Assembly (NCBI GenBank): GCA_009787795.1
Contig: WQSP01000001.1
Coordinates: 1-48,045, forward strand
DNA from: Treponema sp.
Lineage (GTDB): Bacteria > Spirochaetota > Spirochaetia > Treponematales > Breznakiellaceae
Direction: 5' to 3'
Length of the DNA: 48,045 nucleotides
The notes beneath the pieces were generated by a model. That model ran no database searches and was not told the DNA's origin. It worked only from the letters and a program-made list of their open reading frames with translations. The first letter of the stretch is position 1. Every line of letters starts with the position of its first letter. The position numbers and the translations under genes were made by a program. Below, piece after piece: positions 10,357-20,623 of the stretch.

Positions 10357-12192
10357 TTATCTGTCTCCTGCCTGCAATAAATGCCAAAGCCCCAATGTTC
10401 TTGCGGCCGTTTCAAAATCCTGATTCATGAAATACCCCTGAAAAATAACGGAAGCAATAACCGAAGGAGAGCCGGATTGATACGTTGTCGCTTCCAAAAC
10501 AACCGTAACCGCAATTTTATCATCGTTGTTTGTGCTGTTGAAAGGGGCGTATGCCGTATACCAAAGATGCCAGCGATCGGCAAGACCAAACTGCGCAGTT
10601 CCGGTTTTTCCGGCAGTTTCTATCTGCCGCAAATTGAAAGCCGTTCCGTGCGTAACGACAGATCTCATGTCCTGCCTGATGGATTCAAAAACAGACGGAG
10701 GAAGTGCGCTTTCGTGAAGCACTTGCGGATTGACAACGCTTTCAATCGCGTTTGTTACAGGATCGCGCACTTCTTTCAATACATGAGGTTTGTAAATCTT
10801 TCCGTTATTCACAATCATGCTGACCAAATTGCACATTTGGAGCGGAGTGACCAAAGTGTCGCCCTGCCCTATTGAGATGTTCATTGTATCGCCCAATTGC
10901 CATCTTTCGTGAAAACGCTGTTCTTTCCATTGCGGCGTTGGAATCAGTCCCGATATTTCGCCGGGAAGATCTATTCCCGTAACGGATCCGTATCCGTAAT
11001 CTCTTGCATAACTTATGATTCTTTCTTCCCTTACAAAATCCCTTCCGACAGTCATGTAATAAATATTGCAAGATTCGCTTAACGCCCTTCTTAAATTCAC
11101 CCTGCCGTGTCCTGTCCGCCTTTCATGACAATGCCATGGTCTTCCGCCGTAATTAATGGAGCCGTCGCATCTAATAATCTGATCGGGAGAAAACAATTTT
11201 TCCGCATAAATTGCGGTTGACAAAATGATCTTAAAAGTTGAAGCCGGAGGATAATTCGATTGAATTGTTCGGTTGATAAGCGGTTTTTCAGGATCGTCCA
11301 GAAGAGCCCTGAAATCAGAACTTATTCCGTCAGTAAATATGTTTGGATCATACCAGGGATACGAAACCATCGCCAAAACTTCGCCTGTAGAAGGCCTTAT
11401 TACAACTGCAGCGCCCGTATTGGAACCCATTGCCTTTTCCACAAGCGTCTGCAGGTCGTTGTCGATTGTAAGAACAAGATTTCTTCCCATCTCGGGAGGT
11501 TCCCTAATTATGTTTTCCTGCCCCGTTATGCGCCTTCCCCTGACATCGACAGTTCTTGTCTCCCTGCCTCTTTTTCCCCTCAATATTTCGTCATATTGCC
11601 GCTCTATGCCGGATTTGCCAATCATGTCTCCCTGCTGATAACCCAAATTGTAATGCGTTGTAAGCTCTGCGCGGGTAATGTCACCCACATAACCCAAAAT
11701 ATGGGAAAGACTTCCGACATTTATGTAGTTTCTTACCTGTTTAATATGCCACGAAATGCCGGGCAGCATGTTTTTTCTTTCCGCCAAAGCCGAAATAAGC
11801 GAAAACGGAACGTTAGCTGCAATTTCAACCGGCTGATACTGCTGCAGGTACTGGCTTGGAAGTTTTCCCCTTATTTCTTCCGACGATACGCCCAAAATGC
11901 CGGACACTGCGCCAATGATTTCTTCCATTCTGCCGCGCGGAATTTCTGCCGGGGTTAATGTCACTGCAAAAGTGTCCCTGTTTATGACAAACGGACGCGT
12001 AAAATTCCTGTCAAAAATTTCGCCTCTTTGCGCGGGAATGACATAAGTTCTTCTTGAAATTTCCTGCGCGGCCCTTTGATGAATGTCGCCTGAAATTATC
12101 TGCAAACTGAAAAGTCTTACCGTATACAATGCAAAAACAATTATCAAAATGATTCTGAAAATGAATATTCTGGATTCCTGATCTTCATGCAT
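10357..12192 (-). CDS. mrdA: Penicillin-binding protein 2
   Basis: STFK, SCN and KTGT motifs and an N-terminal TM. Start reassigned to ATG 12192, which forms a TAATG overlap with the mreD stop. Confidence 0.94.
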   Translation of the reverse strand: MHEDQESRIFIFRIILIIVFALYTVRLFSLQIISGDIHQRAAQEISRRTYVIPAQRGEIFDRNFTRPFVINRDTFAVTLTPAEIPRGRMEEIIGAVSGILGVSSEEIRGKLPSQYLQQYQPVEIAANVPFSLISALAERKNMLPGISWHIKQVRNYINVGSLSHILGYVGDITRAELTTHYNLGYQQGDMIGKSGIERQYDEILRGKRGRETRTVDVRGRRITGQENIIREPPEMGRNLVLTIDNDLQTLVEKAMGSNTGAAVVIRPSTGEVLAMVSYPWYDPNIFTDGISSDFRALLDDPEKPLINRTIQSNYPPASTFKIILSTAIYAEKLFSPDQIIRCDGSINYGGRPWHCHERRTGHGRVNLRRALSESCNIYYMTVGRDFVREERIISYARDYGYGSVTGIDLPGEISGLIPTPQWKEQRFHERWQLGDTMNISIGQGDTLVTPLQMCNLVSMIVNNGKIYKPHVLKEVRDPVTNAIESVVNPQVLHESALPPSVFESIRQDMRSVVTHGTAFNLRQIETAGKTGTAQFGLADRWHLWYTAYAPFNSTNNDDKIAVTVVLEATTYQSGSPSVIASVIFQGYFMNQDFETAARTLGLWHLLQAGDR

Positions 12193-12695
12193 TATTTGCC
12201 GCGCCCAACCATAATCGGTTTGAAATTTCTTAACAATAAAAATATCAAAGGCGCGCAAACCGCATTAAGTCCAAGCTCTATTAAAAAAACAGACGGAGTG
12301 TGCAGGTACACAAGCGGTATTGCGGGTCCTATAAGCAGATGAAGCAAAAGCACTATCAGGGCTTTTATAATTGTTGCAAGAGCGCACAGAATTGCAGGCA
12401 TGAAAATAATGTCCAAAAAAAGCGCGCCCTTAAAAAGCCCCGCCAAAGCGCCGATTATGGTGCGGGTCAGGCAATTAAGGCCCAAAGGCGCAAAAGACAG
12501 AAAATCAAGCAGCAAACCGGAAAAGAATCCTCCGATTTGCCCGGGCATGGTTCCGTTTACATAAGCCGAAAAAACAATTACGCATAACGCAAGATCGGGA
12601 ACTATTTTTAAAAACGGAATTCTTTCGCGGACTACGGACTGCAAAATGCCCGCAATTACGCCGAATAAAACTGTCCATACAACGCTTCTAGTCAT
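12192..12695 (-). CDS. mreD: Rod shape-determining protein MreD
   Basis: Hydrophobic 167 aa protein with VPDLAL and GLLLDFLS; lies between mreC and mrdA. Confidence 0.9.
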   Translation of the reverse strand: MTRSVVWTVLFGVIAGILQSVVRERIPFLKIVPDLALCVIVFSAYVNGTMPGQIGGFFSGLLLDFLSFAPLGLNCLTRTIIGALAGLFKGALFLDIIFMPAILCALATIIKALIVLLLHLLIGPAIPLVYLHTPSVFLIELGLNAVCAPLIFLLLRNFKPIMVGRGK

Positions 12696-13575
12696 TTTCC
12701 TGTCCTGTTACAAAATCAAGATTTTCGGATTCAATCACAAAAATATATTCAAGTCTGGAAAAATCAATCATCGGAGTAACTTCTATTTCCAATGTGGTTT
12801 CGTACTCAAGAGTGTTCACCCCGTTTACCCTTCCAATGTTTATGCCTGCGGGAAATATTCCGCCCATACCGCTTGTTATGATTACATCGCCGATATTTAT
12901 TTCCTCTCTTGCCCTTCGCGGAACAAAACGCATTAACAAGGGTGTTTCCGAATTGCCCTGCCCTTCGATGATTCCCTCAAAACGCGAAACGGAAAGACGG
13001 CTTGACACAAGAGAGTTCATGTCAAAAATCGGCAGAACAAGACTTTCAAAAACGCCTGTATGCACAACTTTTCCGACAAGCGCCTGCGTTCCGTTCTGCC
13101 ATGCCACAACCGCCATGTTATCCGAAACGCCCGAGAAACTTCCCTTGTTTATTACAATTGCGGAAAAAAGATTGTCGGGGTCGCGCCCCGAAATTTGAGC
13201 GGGGATTCGCCTGTAACGAAGCGTTCTGGAAAATTCAAGCTGTTCCTTAAGTCTTACGTTTTCCTGATAAATTTCCGCGTTGCTGCGTTCAAGTTCCTCA
13301 AAGCGATCCAACTGCCTTAAAAGGTCTGCATGTTCTTTTCGCAAATCGGAAAGTTCGCCGATTGAAAGTACTGTTCTGGAAACAAAGGAAGTGACTTCAT
13401 AAATGCCTCCCCTGATTCCCGAAAAGACTGAAAGTCCCGCATTTTTTACGCCGTGCATGAAGTTGCTGCTGGAGAGAAGCAGCATGACTGTAGAGACGAT
13501 TATCAAAACAACAAATACAAAAACAGACGAATTAATCTGTGCGCCCGGAACTCTCCCTCTTCCACCACGAGCCAT
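12688..13575 (-). CDS. mreC: Rod shape-determining protein MreC
   Basis: TM plus coiled coil (ENVRLKEQL), INKGS and ITSGMGGIFPAGINIG. Confidence 0.94.
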   Translation of the reverse strand: MARGGRGRVPGAQINSSVFVFVVLIIVSTVMLLLSSSNFMHGVKNAGLSVFSGIRGGIYEVTSFVSRTVLSIGELSDLRKEHADLLRQLDRFEELERSNAEIYQENVRLKEQLEFSRTLRYRRIPAQISGRDPDNLFSAIVINKGSFSGVSDNMAVVAWQNGTQALVGKVVHTGVFESLVLPIFDMNSLVSSRLSVSRFEGIIEGQGNSETPLLMRFVPRRAREEINIGDVIITSGMGGIFPAGINIGRVNGVNTLEYETTLEIEVTPMIDFSRLEYIFVIESENLDFVTGQEND

Positions 13576-13579
13576 ATCG

Positions 13580-14608
13580 TCAACCGTTCAATCTGTCATA
13601 GATATTCTTTGTAAGATCTGCGCCTTTTATGTAATCGAAATATTTGCCGGCCCCAAGCGCAACGCAAATCTCGGGTTGCTCCGCAATGATTGCGGGAACC
13701 CCGGTTTCTTTTTGTATCAGTTTGTCCAGTCCCCTTAAAAGAGAACCGCCGCCTGTCATTACAATTCCGCGATCCACGATGTCCGCGGCAAGCTCGGGCG
13801 GAGTTTTTCCGAATACGGTTTTTATTTCGTCGATAATTTGCGTAACAGGATCGCGCAGGGCTTCCCTTACTTCCACAGAATCGATTTCCAAACGGCGCGG
13901 AAGACCTGTTATCGCATCATTGCCCTTTACTTCCATTTTGTCGATCATTTTGTCAGGTGACGCGTTTCCGATTTCGATTTTGAGTCTTTCCGCCATCTGT
14001 TCGCCAATAATGAGGTTGTGAACGCTTCTTATGTGTTTGATAATCGAATCGTCAAATTCGTCTCCGCCGATTCTGATTGCGCTTGTTACAACCATGCCGC
14101 CCAGAGAAATGACGGAAATCTCGGTTGTGCCGCCGCCTATGTCCAAAATCATGTGTCCTGCAGGTTCCCTAATCGGGATGTCCGCCCCGATTGCGGCAGC
14201 GAGCGATTCTTCTATTACGCGAACTTCCCTTGCGCCAGATTTATATGCGCTTTCTTCGACTGCGCGCCTTTCAACTTCCGTTATGCAGGAAGGAACGCCA
14301 ATTACCATTCTCGGTTTTACAAAACGATAACGCGGAAAAACGCGATCGATAAAACAGCGAATCATTTTTTCGGTCGATTCGATATCCGCAATCACGCCGT
14401 CGCGCATTGGTCTAATTGCAATAATGTTTTCAGGAGTTTTCCAAAGCATTCGTTTGGCATCTGCGCCGACCGCAACAATTCTTTTTGTGCCGCGTTCAAC
14501 CGCAACAACAGACGGTTCATTCAATACAATGCCTTTGCCCTTTATGTAAATAAGGGTATTGCAGGTTCCAAGATCAATTCCAAAATCAGACGAAATGTTG
14601 CCAAACAT
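13580..14608 (-). CDS. mreB: Actin-like rod shape protein MreB
   Basis: [17 protein letters not shown] and TGGGSLL motifs. Confidence 0.97.
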   Translation of the reverse strand: MFGNISSDFGIDLGTCNTLIYIKGKGIVLNEPSVVAVERGTKRIVAVGADAKRMLWKTPENIIAIRPMRDGVIADIESTEKMIRCFIDRVFPRYRFVKPRMVIGVPSCITEVERRAVEESAYKSGAREVRVIEESLAAAIGADIPIREPAGHMILDIGGGTTEISVISLGGMVVTSAIRIGGDEFDDSIIKHIRSVHNLIIGEQMAERLKIEIGNASPDKMIDKMEVKGNDAITGLPRRLEIDSVEVREALRDPVTQIIDEIKTVFGKTPPELAADIVDRGIVMTGGGSLLRGLDKLIQKETGVPAIIAEQPEICVALGAGKYFDYIKGADLTKNIYDRLNG

Positions 14609-14619
14609 TTTTTACTCCT

Positions 14620-15558
14620 TTATATGTTGAGCCGCGCTCTTGCTCCCGCATGAGACGGATCCTGTCTATATGCCATTCTCCATTCGGAACGCGCTCTTGT
14701 TGTGTCTCCCCTCATGTTGTAAAGCTCGCCCAGTTGAAAACGAACTTCCGCATTCTCTCCCGAAGTTTCCAAAATTTTTGCGTATTGGCTTTCCGCGTTG
14801 TCATATTCGCCGTTGTTGACGTATATTTCAGCTAACAGAAGTCTTGACATTACAACCGATCTTGAATCGGGAGACGTCTCCACGCAATTTTGAAGATAAC
14901 CGAACGCCATGCCGAATTCGCCCATGGCAATATATGAACGCGCAATCGACAAAAGCAAATTGTCCGATGCGGGTTTTCCCGGAGTGAAAGCCTGCGTAAA
15001 AGCCGCAACGCTGCTTCTGTAATCGCCGTATGAAGCGTATGCAAGACCCAAAAATTCCGGAATGTCCTGCGCTTCAAAACCCAATTTTTTTGCCATTTCC
15101 AAATATTTCACCGCAAGGTCCGCATACTCCGCGCCTTTGTAACCGTACGCTTTTCCCAAAACATAAAAAACCCTTCCGTCTTTTAACGATTCTTTTTGCA
15201 GAATCGCTTTCCTCAGGGAAAAAATACTTTCGTTTATGAAATTCAAAATGTTGTGATTGTTTATTTGGGAAATTCCCATTTGAAATGCCGAAAATCCGTT
15301 TATCGTAAGCAAAAAATAATCCACGGGATTTTCCGCAAGAGCGTTTTTGCTGAACTCGTACGCTTCCTGATAATTGCCGTCATTCCAAACGCGCAAAAGT
15401 TCGCGTCTCTCGTTTTTTGCGCCGCTGTTTACCTGCGAAACAACAATAATTGTTATGATCACAACGGTGACGGCGCCCAAAACCAGACCAAAGGAGCGAA
15501 TTTTTTTGAGAAGATATACATGTCGTCCGTAACTGGACCAAGTTTTATTGCCATTCAT
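14620..15558 (-). CDS. TM-anchored TPR protein heading the mre operon
   Basis: TM helix plus TPR repeats. Start moved to ATG 15558 because the ORF-track TTG at 15603 coincides with a -35 box. Confidence 0.8.
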   Translation of the reverse strand: MNGNKTWSSYGRHVYLLKKIRSFGLVLGAVTVVIITIIVVSQVNSGAKNERRELLRVWNDGNYQEAYEFSKNALAENPVDYFLLTINGFSAFQMGISQINNHNILNFINESIFSLRKAILQKESLKDGRVFYVLGKAYGYKGAEYADLAVKYLEMAKKLGFEAQDIPEFLGLAYASYGDYRSSVAAFTQAFTPGKPASDNLLLSIARSYIAMGEFGMAFGYLQNCVETSPDSRSVVMSRLLLAEIYVNNGEYDNAESQYAKILETSGENAEVRFQLGELYNMRGDTTRARSEWRMAYRQDPSHAGARARLNI

Positions 15559-15574
15559 TGTTTCTATAATGGAG

Positions 15575-15603
15575 ATGTTATATAAATTTCGGCAAAGTGT
15601 CAA
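15575..15603 (-). promoter_or_regulatory. Sigma70-type promoter for the TPR-mreBCD-mrdA-rodA operon
   Basis: TTGACA-17 bp-TAACAT on the minus strand. Confidence 0.65.
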
Positions 15604-15643
15604 TTATAATCCGTTTATTTTGCCAAATTTTGTCGAATTCACC

Positions 15644-15672
15644 TTGCAAAATACACGATAAAGGCGTATATT
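15644..15672 (+). promoter_or_regulatory. Sigma70-type promoter for rnpB
   Basis: TTGCAA-17 bp-TATATT, ending about 7 nt before the rnpB P1 strand. Confidence 0.7.
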
Positions 15673-15678
15673 TGACAT

Positions 15679-16067
15679 GTGATGAACCAGACTGCCGCCT
15701 TGAATGGCACACAATGTGCCCTTTACGGAGGAAAGTCCGGGCTCCGCAGGGCATGATGCCGGGTAACACCCGGGATTCGGCGCTTGGAGAACCCAAGCGC
15801 AGGAGACAGACAGCGCCACAGAAAACAAACTACCTGTAATATACGGGAAAAGGTGAAAAGGCGGGGTAAGAGCCCACCTCGGCGGCGGCAACGACGCCGG
15901 AAAGATTCCTGCAAAGCAGGAAAAAGGCAAGCCTCATCAGGAGCAAAGTCAAACAGCGCGACGGCTGCCCGCCGATCAAGCGCGGGTAGACTGCCAAAAA
16001 TTGCCGGAAACGGTCATTTAAGACAGATGGCAGTGTTTAAAACAGAACCCGGCTTACGGTTCATCGC
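15679..16067 (+). ncRNA. rnpB: RNase P RNA, bacterial type A
   Basis: Universal motifs GAGGAAAGTCCGGGCTCC and ACAGAACCCGGCTTA. P1 gtgatgaacc pairs with ggttcatcgc; GGTAAGAG in P13; P6 gggc/gccc; followed by a T-run. Confidence 0.97.
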
Positions 16068-16073
16068 TTTTTT

Positions 16074-16916
16074 TTATTCTTCCGAATCGATGTTTACGAT
16101 TTCTTCCTCTTCATCGTCATCTTCGTATTCTTCGTCTTCCATTTCGTCAAGATCGGAAAGCGCGCCTGTATCTTCCGTGTTGAAGTAGTCTTCTTCGCCT
16201 TCGGCAGATTCTTCGTAAAAAAGAATTCGCGAACAATACGGGCAGAAAACAAATTCTTCCCTGATGCGCACTTCGTTTGCAAACTGCACCGGAAGAATCA
16301 TGTGACATCCCATGCAGACATTTCCCTTGATTGCGACAATGCCGATACCCATTTTGTTTTTTATGATTCTTTCGAATTTAAAGACAACTTCGGTATCAAG
16401 ATTTTCTGTCAGTTTGCTCTCTTTCTTTTTAAGGTTGTCAATTTGTTTTTGCTTGTCGCTGATTTCCGCCTCGATTTTTTTGCGGCGGTCTTCCATGTCC
16501 TTTTCCTGACTTTCAATCAGCGAAGCCTGCTGTTTTATTTGTTCGTCAAGCTCGGAAAGAAGACGTTCCTTGTGCTGCAAATCTTTTCTGTATTGCTGTT
16601 CCTTTTCAAAAGCGTCTTTTATTTCCTTGTCAAGGGCTTCGTATTCCCTTTGAGTCGCAATGCTGTCCATGTTTTTTTCCGATTTTTCCCTTGAAGATTC
16701 GGCTTCGAAAAGCCTGTTTTTCAAATCGTTTTCTTCCGCTTTTATATTTTCATAATCCTTGTACTTTTTCTTGAAGGTTTCCTTAAGTCTGCTTAGCATT
16801 TCTTCCTGTGTTCCCAACAATTTTGGAATTTCCCTGATGCCTTTTTCCAAACCGATTTTTTCGTAGATGATTTCCTGCAATGAGCGCAGTTTGTCCAAAT
16901 CGCTTTCTGTAACCAT
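16074..16916 (-). CDS. Coiled-coil / C4 zinc-ribbon protein (CT398/DUF164-like) with acidic tail
   Basis: Long coiled coil, CMGC...CPYC zinc ribbon and a D/E-rich C-terminus. Confidence 0.88.
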   Translation of the reverse strand: MVTESDLDKLRSLQEIIYEKIGLEKGIREIPKLLGTQEEMLSRLKETFKKKYKDYENIKAEENDLKNRLFEAESSREKSEKNMDSIATQREYEALDKEIKDAFEKEQQYRKDLQHKERLLSELDEQIKQQASLIESQEKDMEDRRKKIEAEISDKQKQIDNLKKKESKLTENLDTEVVFKFERIIKNKMGIGIVAIKGNVCMGCHMILPVQFANEVRIREEFVFCPYCSRILFYEESAEGEEDYFNTEDTGALSDLDEMEDEEYEDDDEEEEIVNIDSEE

Positions 16917-16939
16917 GTTTTCCCCCTGAGTCTTTGACT

Positions 16940-18832
16940 CTAATGATCCAAATAATCCTTTAACGGACGGCTTCTCTTCGGATGACGAAGCCTTCTAAGA
17001 GCTTTTGCCTCTATTTGCCTTATTCTTTCGCGCGTTACGTTAAAACACAAACCGACTTCTTCCAGGGTAAGCGAATAACCGTCGTCAAGACCAAAACGCA
17101 TTTTTAGCACTTCCTGTTCGCGTACGGGAAGCGTGGAAAGAACGCCGCTTAACTGTTCCTGCAAAACCTTGAATGCAGTCTGGTTTGCGGGATTTTCAAC
17201 ATCCTTGTCTTCGATAAAATCTCCCAAAAGCGAATCTTCCTCTTCGCCGATTGGAGTTTCAAGGCTTATAGGTTCGCGCGCGACATTTTTAACCGATTTT
17301 ACGCGTATTGCCGTCCAGTTTCCGCCGAGCTTTTCGGCAATTTCCTCGTCTGTGGGTTCTCTTCCCAATGTTTGCAAAAGCTGCCTGGATTCGCGCACAA
17401 CCTTGTTTATCTGCTCTATCATGTGAACGGGAACGCGAATGGTTCGCGCCTGATCGGAAATCGAGCGCGTGATCGCCTGGCGAATCCACCATGTCGCATA
17501 CGTTGAAAATTTAAATCCTTTTTGGTATTCGAATTTTTCAACAGCCTTGATAAGACCGATATTTCCTTCCTGAACAAGGTCAAAAAAGTGAAGACCCCTG
17601 TTTGTATATTTTTTGGCAATACTCACAACCAGGCGAAGATTTGCCCTTATCAATTTGTCTTTTGCGTTTTTCATCATGACGCGTCCGTGATAAATCTCGG
17701 ATGCCATTTGATTAATGCTTTCGATGGGTTCTTCAAATTCAATTTCCATCGCCTTCAGTTTTTTCTCCGTTACCTGAACAAGACGTATTTTTTCCTTTAT
17801 TTCGTCGGAAGAAAGTCCAAGTTCCGTTTCCAGTTTTTCCCTTTCGGGTTTGATTGTAAGGCATCTTCCAAGGGTGCGAAGATCTTTTAACGATTCCACC
17901 TTAAGGTGTTTCTGAAGTCTTTCCTGCTCCCTTATGTAACGCTTGATTTTTTTTGCGGCAATTATGAATTTGTCCGAGAATAATTGAATCTCCTCAGGAT
18001 GAAGCTGCGTGTTTTTAACGGCTTTCATAATGCGTCTTCTTATATTTGAACAGTCTTTGTCTTCCTTGTAATCCAAATCCCTGGACAATAGCTGTTTTTT
18101 AAGTTCCATATAATTTTTAAGATCAACCTGAATCGTGCGAAGCGTATCCTTGTAAAACTGGTTTAATCTTCTGTATTCTGTCATGTGTTCGGTTATTTCT
18201 TTTTTTGTCAGGTTCAGTTCGCGCATGTCCCTTTTTGAAAAAGCCTTTTGCGCAATCAGATGAAACTCGGGGATAATCATGCCGGATTTTTTTATTACGT
18301 TTTTTACAATGTTTTCGCCTTCTTCCATCTGGCGCGAAAGCGTTATCTCCTGCTCCGCAGTAAGCAAATGCTCTCTTCCGATTTCGCGAAGATACAATTT
18401 TATCGGATCGTCAACAAGCGAAGAATCCTTTTCGCTTGTGCCTTGCGTTCTTTTTTTGGAAGATTCCTGTTCTTTTCTTGTGTCGGCTTCGTCTTCTTCC
18501 GACGCGCTTTCTTCCTCAACAAGCTGAACGTTGTTTGCTTCAAGAAGAGCCAGAACCTGCTCGATTTTATCGGAGTTTGTGATATGCTCGGGAAGAAAAT
18601 CGGACAGTTCTTCGTAGGAAAGCGTTTTTTTCTGCTTGCCGTATTCCAGCAGTTTTATTATGGCCGGGTCTGCGATTGACTGATCCATGCCTGCAAGAAT
18701 ATCCGCTTCTTTTGAAGAAGGCGTATCTTCCGCCTGCATTTTCATGTATTTTCTGTTTACCCGGTTACTGTGGAAATGATTTATAAGCGGCTGCCCTTTT
18801 TTTGCCTTTAATTTCAAGAAATTAAACATCAA
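16940..18832 (-). CDS. rpoD: RNA polymerase primary sigma factor RpoD (start uncertain)
   Basis: Region 1.1, [37 protein letters not shown] and [10 protein letters not shown]; lies downstream of dnaG. Confidence 0.96.
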   Translation of the reverse strand: MMFNFLKLKAKKGQPLINHFHSNRVNRKYMKMQAEDTPSSKEADILAGMDQSIADPAIIKLLEYGKQKKTLSYEELSDFLPEHITNSDKIEQVLALLEANNVQLVEEESASEEDEADTRKEQESSKKRTQGTSEKDSSLVDDPIKLYLREIGREHLLTAEQEITLSRQMEEGENIVKNVIKKSGMIIPEFHLIAQKAFSKRDMRELNLTKKEITEHMTEYRRLNQFYKDTLRTIQVDLKNYMELKKQLLSRDLDYKEDKDCSNIRRRIMKAVKNTQLHPEEIQLFSDKFIIAAKKIKRYIREQERLQKHLKVESLKDLRTLGRCLTIKPEREKLETELGLSSDEIKEKIRLVQVTEKKLKAMEIEFEEPIESINQMASEIYHGRVMMKNAKDKLIRANLRLVVSIAKKYTNRGLHFFDLVQEGNIGLIKAVEKFEYQKGFKFSTYATWWIRQAITRSISDQARTIRVPVHMIEQINKVVRESRQLLQTLGREPTDEEIAEKLGGNWTAIRVKSVKNVAREPISLETPIGEEEDSLLGDFIEDKDVENPANQTAFKVLQEQLSGVLSTLPVREQEVLKMRFGLDDGYSLTLEEVGLCFNVTRERIRQIEAKALRRLRHPKRSRPLKDYLDH

Positions 18833-20623
18833 TTATCTTCCTTTCAGTTTTCTTATTTGCATGTCTATTGACATTTTCTCCGCCAAAAGATCGTCAATAT
18901 TGACATTACCGTCTTTTTTTCTTTCGCCTTCGCGCATTTGCGCATTTAACCCTGTAAGCTTTTTTTCCAAACTTTTCTTTTTTATTCCCTTTAAGCCGTC
19001 TTGCATGAGCTTTTCCGCATCGCGGGAAAATTCTCCCGACGTTCCGCTTTCCGCAATGAATTTGCGCAAAGCCTCATTGTCGATTCTTGCAAGAAGCGCG
19101 TCCGTACCCCTCTCTTCGTGCATAAAACATTCTTCCAGCGCAACGAAGAGTTCCTTCGCCGCGTAATCGCCAATCTCCCCGATTTCCAAAGCGGCGCGGA
19201 ATTCTTCGTACAATTCCATATTAAGCGCTACAATTGTCAAAAGACACAGCTCTGCATTTCGCGTAACTTTCGCGCCTTTTTGCAAAACGACAGGCGCATC
19301 GGGCCTTTCGTTGTACGTTTTGCCGGGCTTCCGATGCAGGTAATCCTTTTGCACTGCGCTGCGCTCAATCTTGAAAATGTCCGCGATACGGGTTATGCAA
19401 TCCGCCTTCTCAACTTCGGAATCCAGCGCATCCAGAAACGGAAACATGGCAGCGGCGCTGCCCCCGTAAGAAATAAGGTACTCAAAGTCAGTTATAACGA
19501 ATTTTAATTTTTTATTCAATATCTCGGGGCCGAATTTTTGCAAAATATCGGCAGGATCCTTGAAATTACCGTCATTTTGCCCCTCTTTGGGGTCTACAAG
19601 GTCGCAAGACAGGCCGTTTTTACGGCATGTGACAATAGCCTTGTAAGCGGCTTTGCGCCCCGCCTCATCGTTGTCAAAATAAAGGATTGCCCTGTCCACC
19701 CAGCGGCGAAGCCACATTGCCTGTTCGTCCGTAAATGCGGTTCCAAGGGGAGCCACGGCGTTTGTCACGCCCGCCTGATGCATTGCCATGACGTCCATAT
19801 ATCCTTCGGCAAGATAGACAGTTTTGCTTCGCCTCATTTCTTCCTTTGCCAAGTCGATGGCAAAAAGCGTCTGGCCTTTTTTATAAATTTCCGTCTCGGG
19901 CGAATTTATGTATTTGGGCGGCTCTTTTCCGTCCGACTGCAAAATGCCGGGAAGCGCCCTTCCGCCGAAGGCGACAATACGTCCCTGCCTGTCCATAATG
20001 GGAAACATCAATCTGCCCGAAAAAAGCGGTACGGTTTTATAGTTTGACGAAAACAATCCCGACTTTTCCAGGAAATCGTCGGAATAGCCTTTTTGCTTTA
20101 AAAATTTATGAAGAAAGGCGCGATCGGAAGGAGCGTATCCAAGTTGAAATTTTTGGATTGTTTCTTTGGAAAAGGCGCGGTCTTCGATGTAATCAAGAGC
20201 GTTTTTTCCTTCCGGTTTTTCATTCAAAAAATGCGAAAAGGTAACGTTGGTTCTTCTGTACAATTCAAATAATTCTTCTTTAATCGAATTGTCTTTTTCA
20301 TATTCTTCGCCGCCGTCTTCGTAAATAATTTCTATGCCGATTTTTTTAGCAAGGCTTTTAATCGCTTCCGGATATGAAATTTTCTCCATCTCCATTACAA
20401 AACTTATTGCGCTTCCGCCTTTGGCGCATCCAAAGCAATGATACATTTTCAAATCGGGGTCTACTTTAAAAGAAGGGGTTTTTTCCTGCCCTCCGCCATG
20501 AAAAGGACATCTTCCCCACCATCTTCCGCTTTTTTTTTCAAGGCGCACATAGTCGCCTATTACGGAAATTGCATCCATGCGAAGGTTAACTTCCGAAATC
20601 GTCGTTTTCGATATAAGCGCCAT
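18833..20623 (-). CDS. dnaG: DNA primase
   Basis: CPFH...CFGC zinc finger, KYINSPET, EGYMDV and Toprim FDNDEAG. Confidence 0.97.
   Translation of the reverse strand: MALISKTTISEVNLRMDAISVIGDYVRLEKKSGRWWGRCPFHGGGQEKTPSFKVDPDLKMYHCFGCAKGGSAISFVMEMEKISYPEAIKSLAKKIGIEIIYEDGGEEYEKDNSIKEELFELYRRTNVTFSHFLNEKPEGKNALDYIEDRAFSKETIQKFQLGYAPSDRAFLHKFLKQKGYSDDFLEKSGLFSSNYKTVPLFSGRLMFPIMDRQGRIVAFGGRALPGILQSDGKEPPKYINSPETEIYKKGQTLFAIDLAKEEMRRSKTVYLAEGYMDVMAMHQAGVTNAVAPLGTAFTDEQAMWLRRWVDRAILYFDNDEAGRKAAYKAIVTCRKNGLSCDLVDPKEGQNDGNFKDPADILQKFGPEILNKKLKFVITDFEYLISYGGSAAAMFPFLDALDSEVEKADCITRIADIFKIERSAVQKDYLHRKPGKTYNERPDAPVVLQKGAKVTRNAELCLLTIVALNMELYEEFRAALEIGEIGDYAAKELFVALEECFMHEERGTDALLARIDNEALRKFIAESGTSGEFSRDAEKLMQDGLKGIKKKSLEKKLTGLNAQMREGERKKDGNVNIDDLLAEKMSIDMQIRKLKGR

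Noticed and set aside
12193-12258. ORF-track N-terminal extension of PBP2
   Set aside because: It lies inside mreD; the TAATG-coupled ATG at 12192 gives a normal N-terminus.
15578-16188. Several short ORFs on both strands (15597-15839, 15604-15930, 15784-16188 etc.)
   Set aside because: They overlap the RNase P RNA gene, which explains the sequence.
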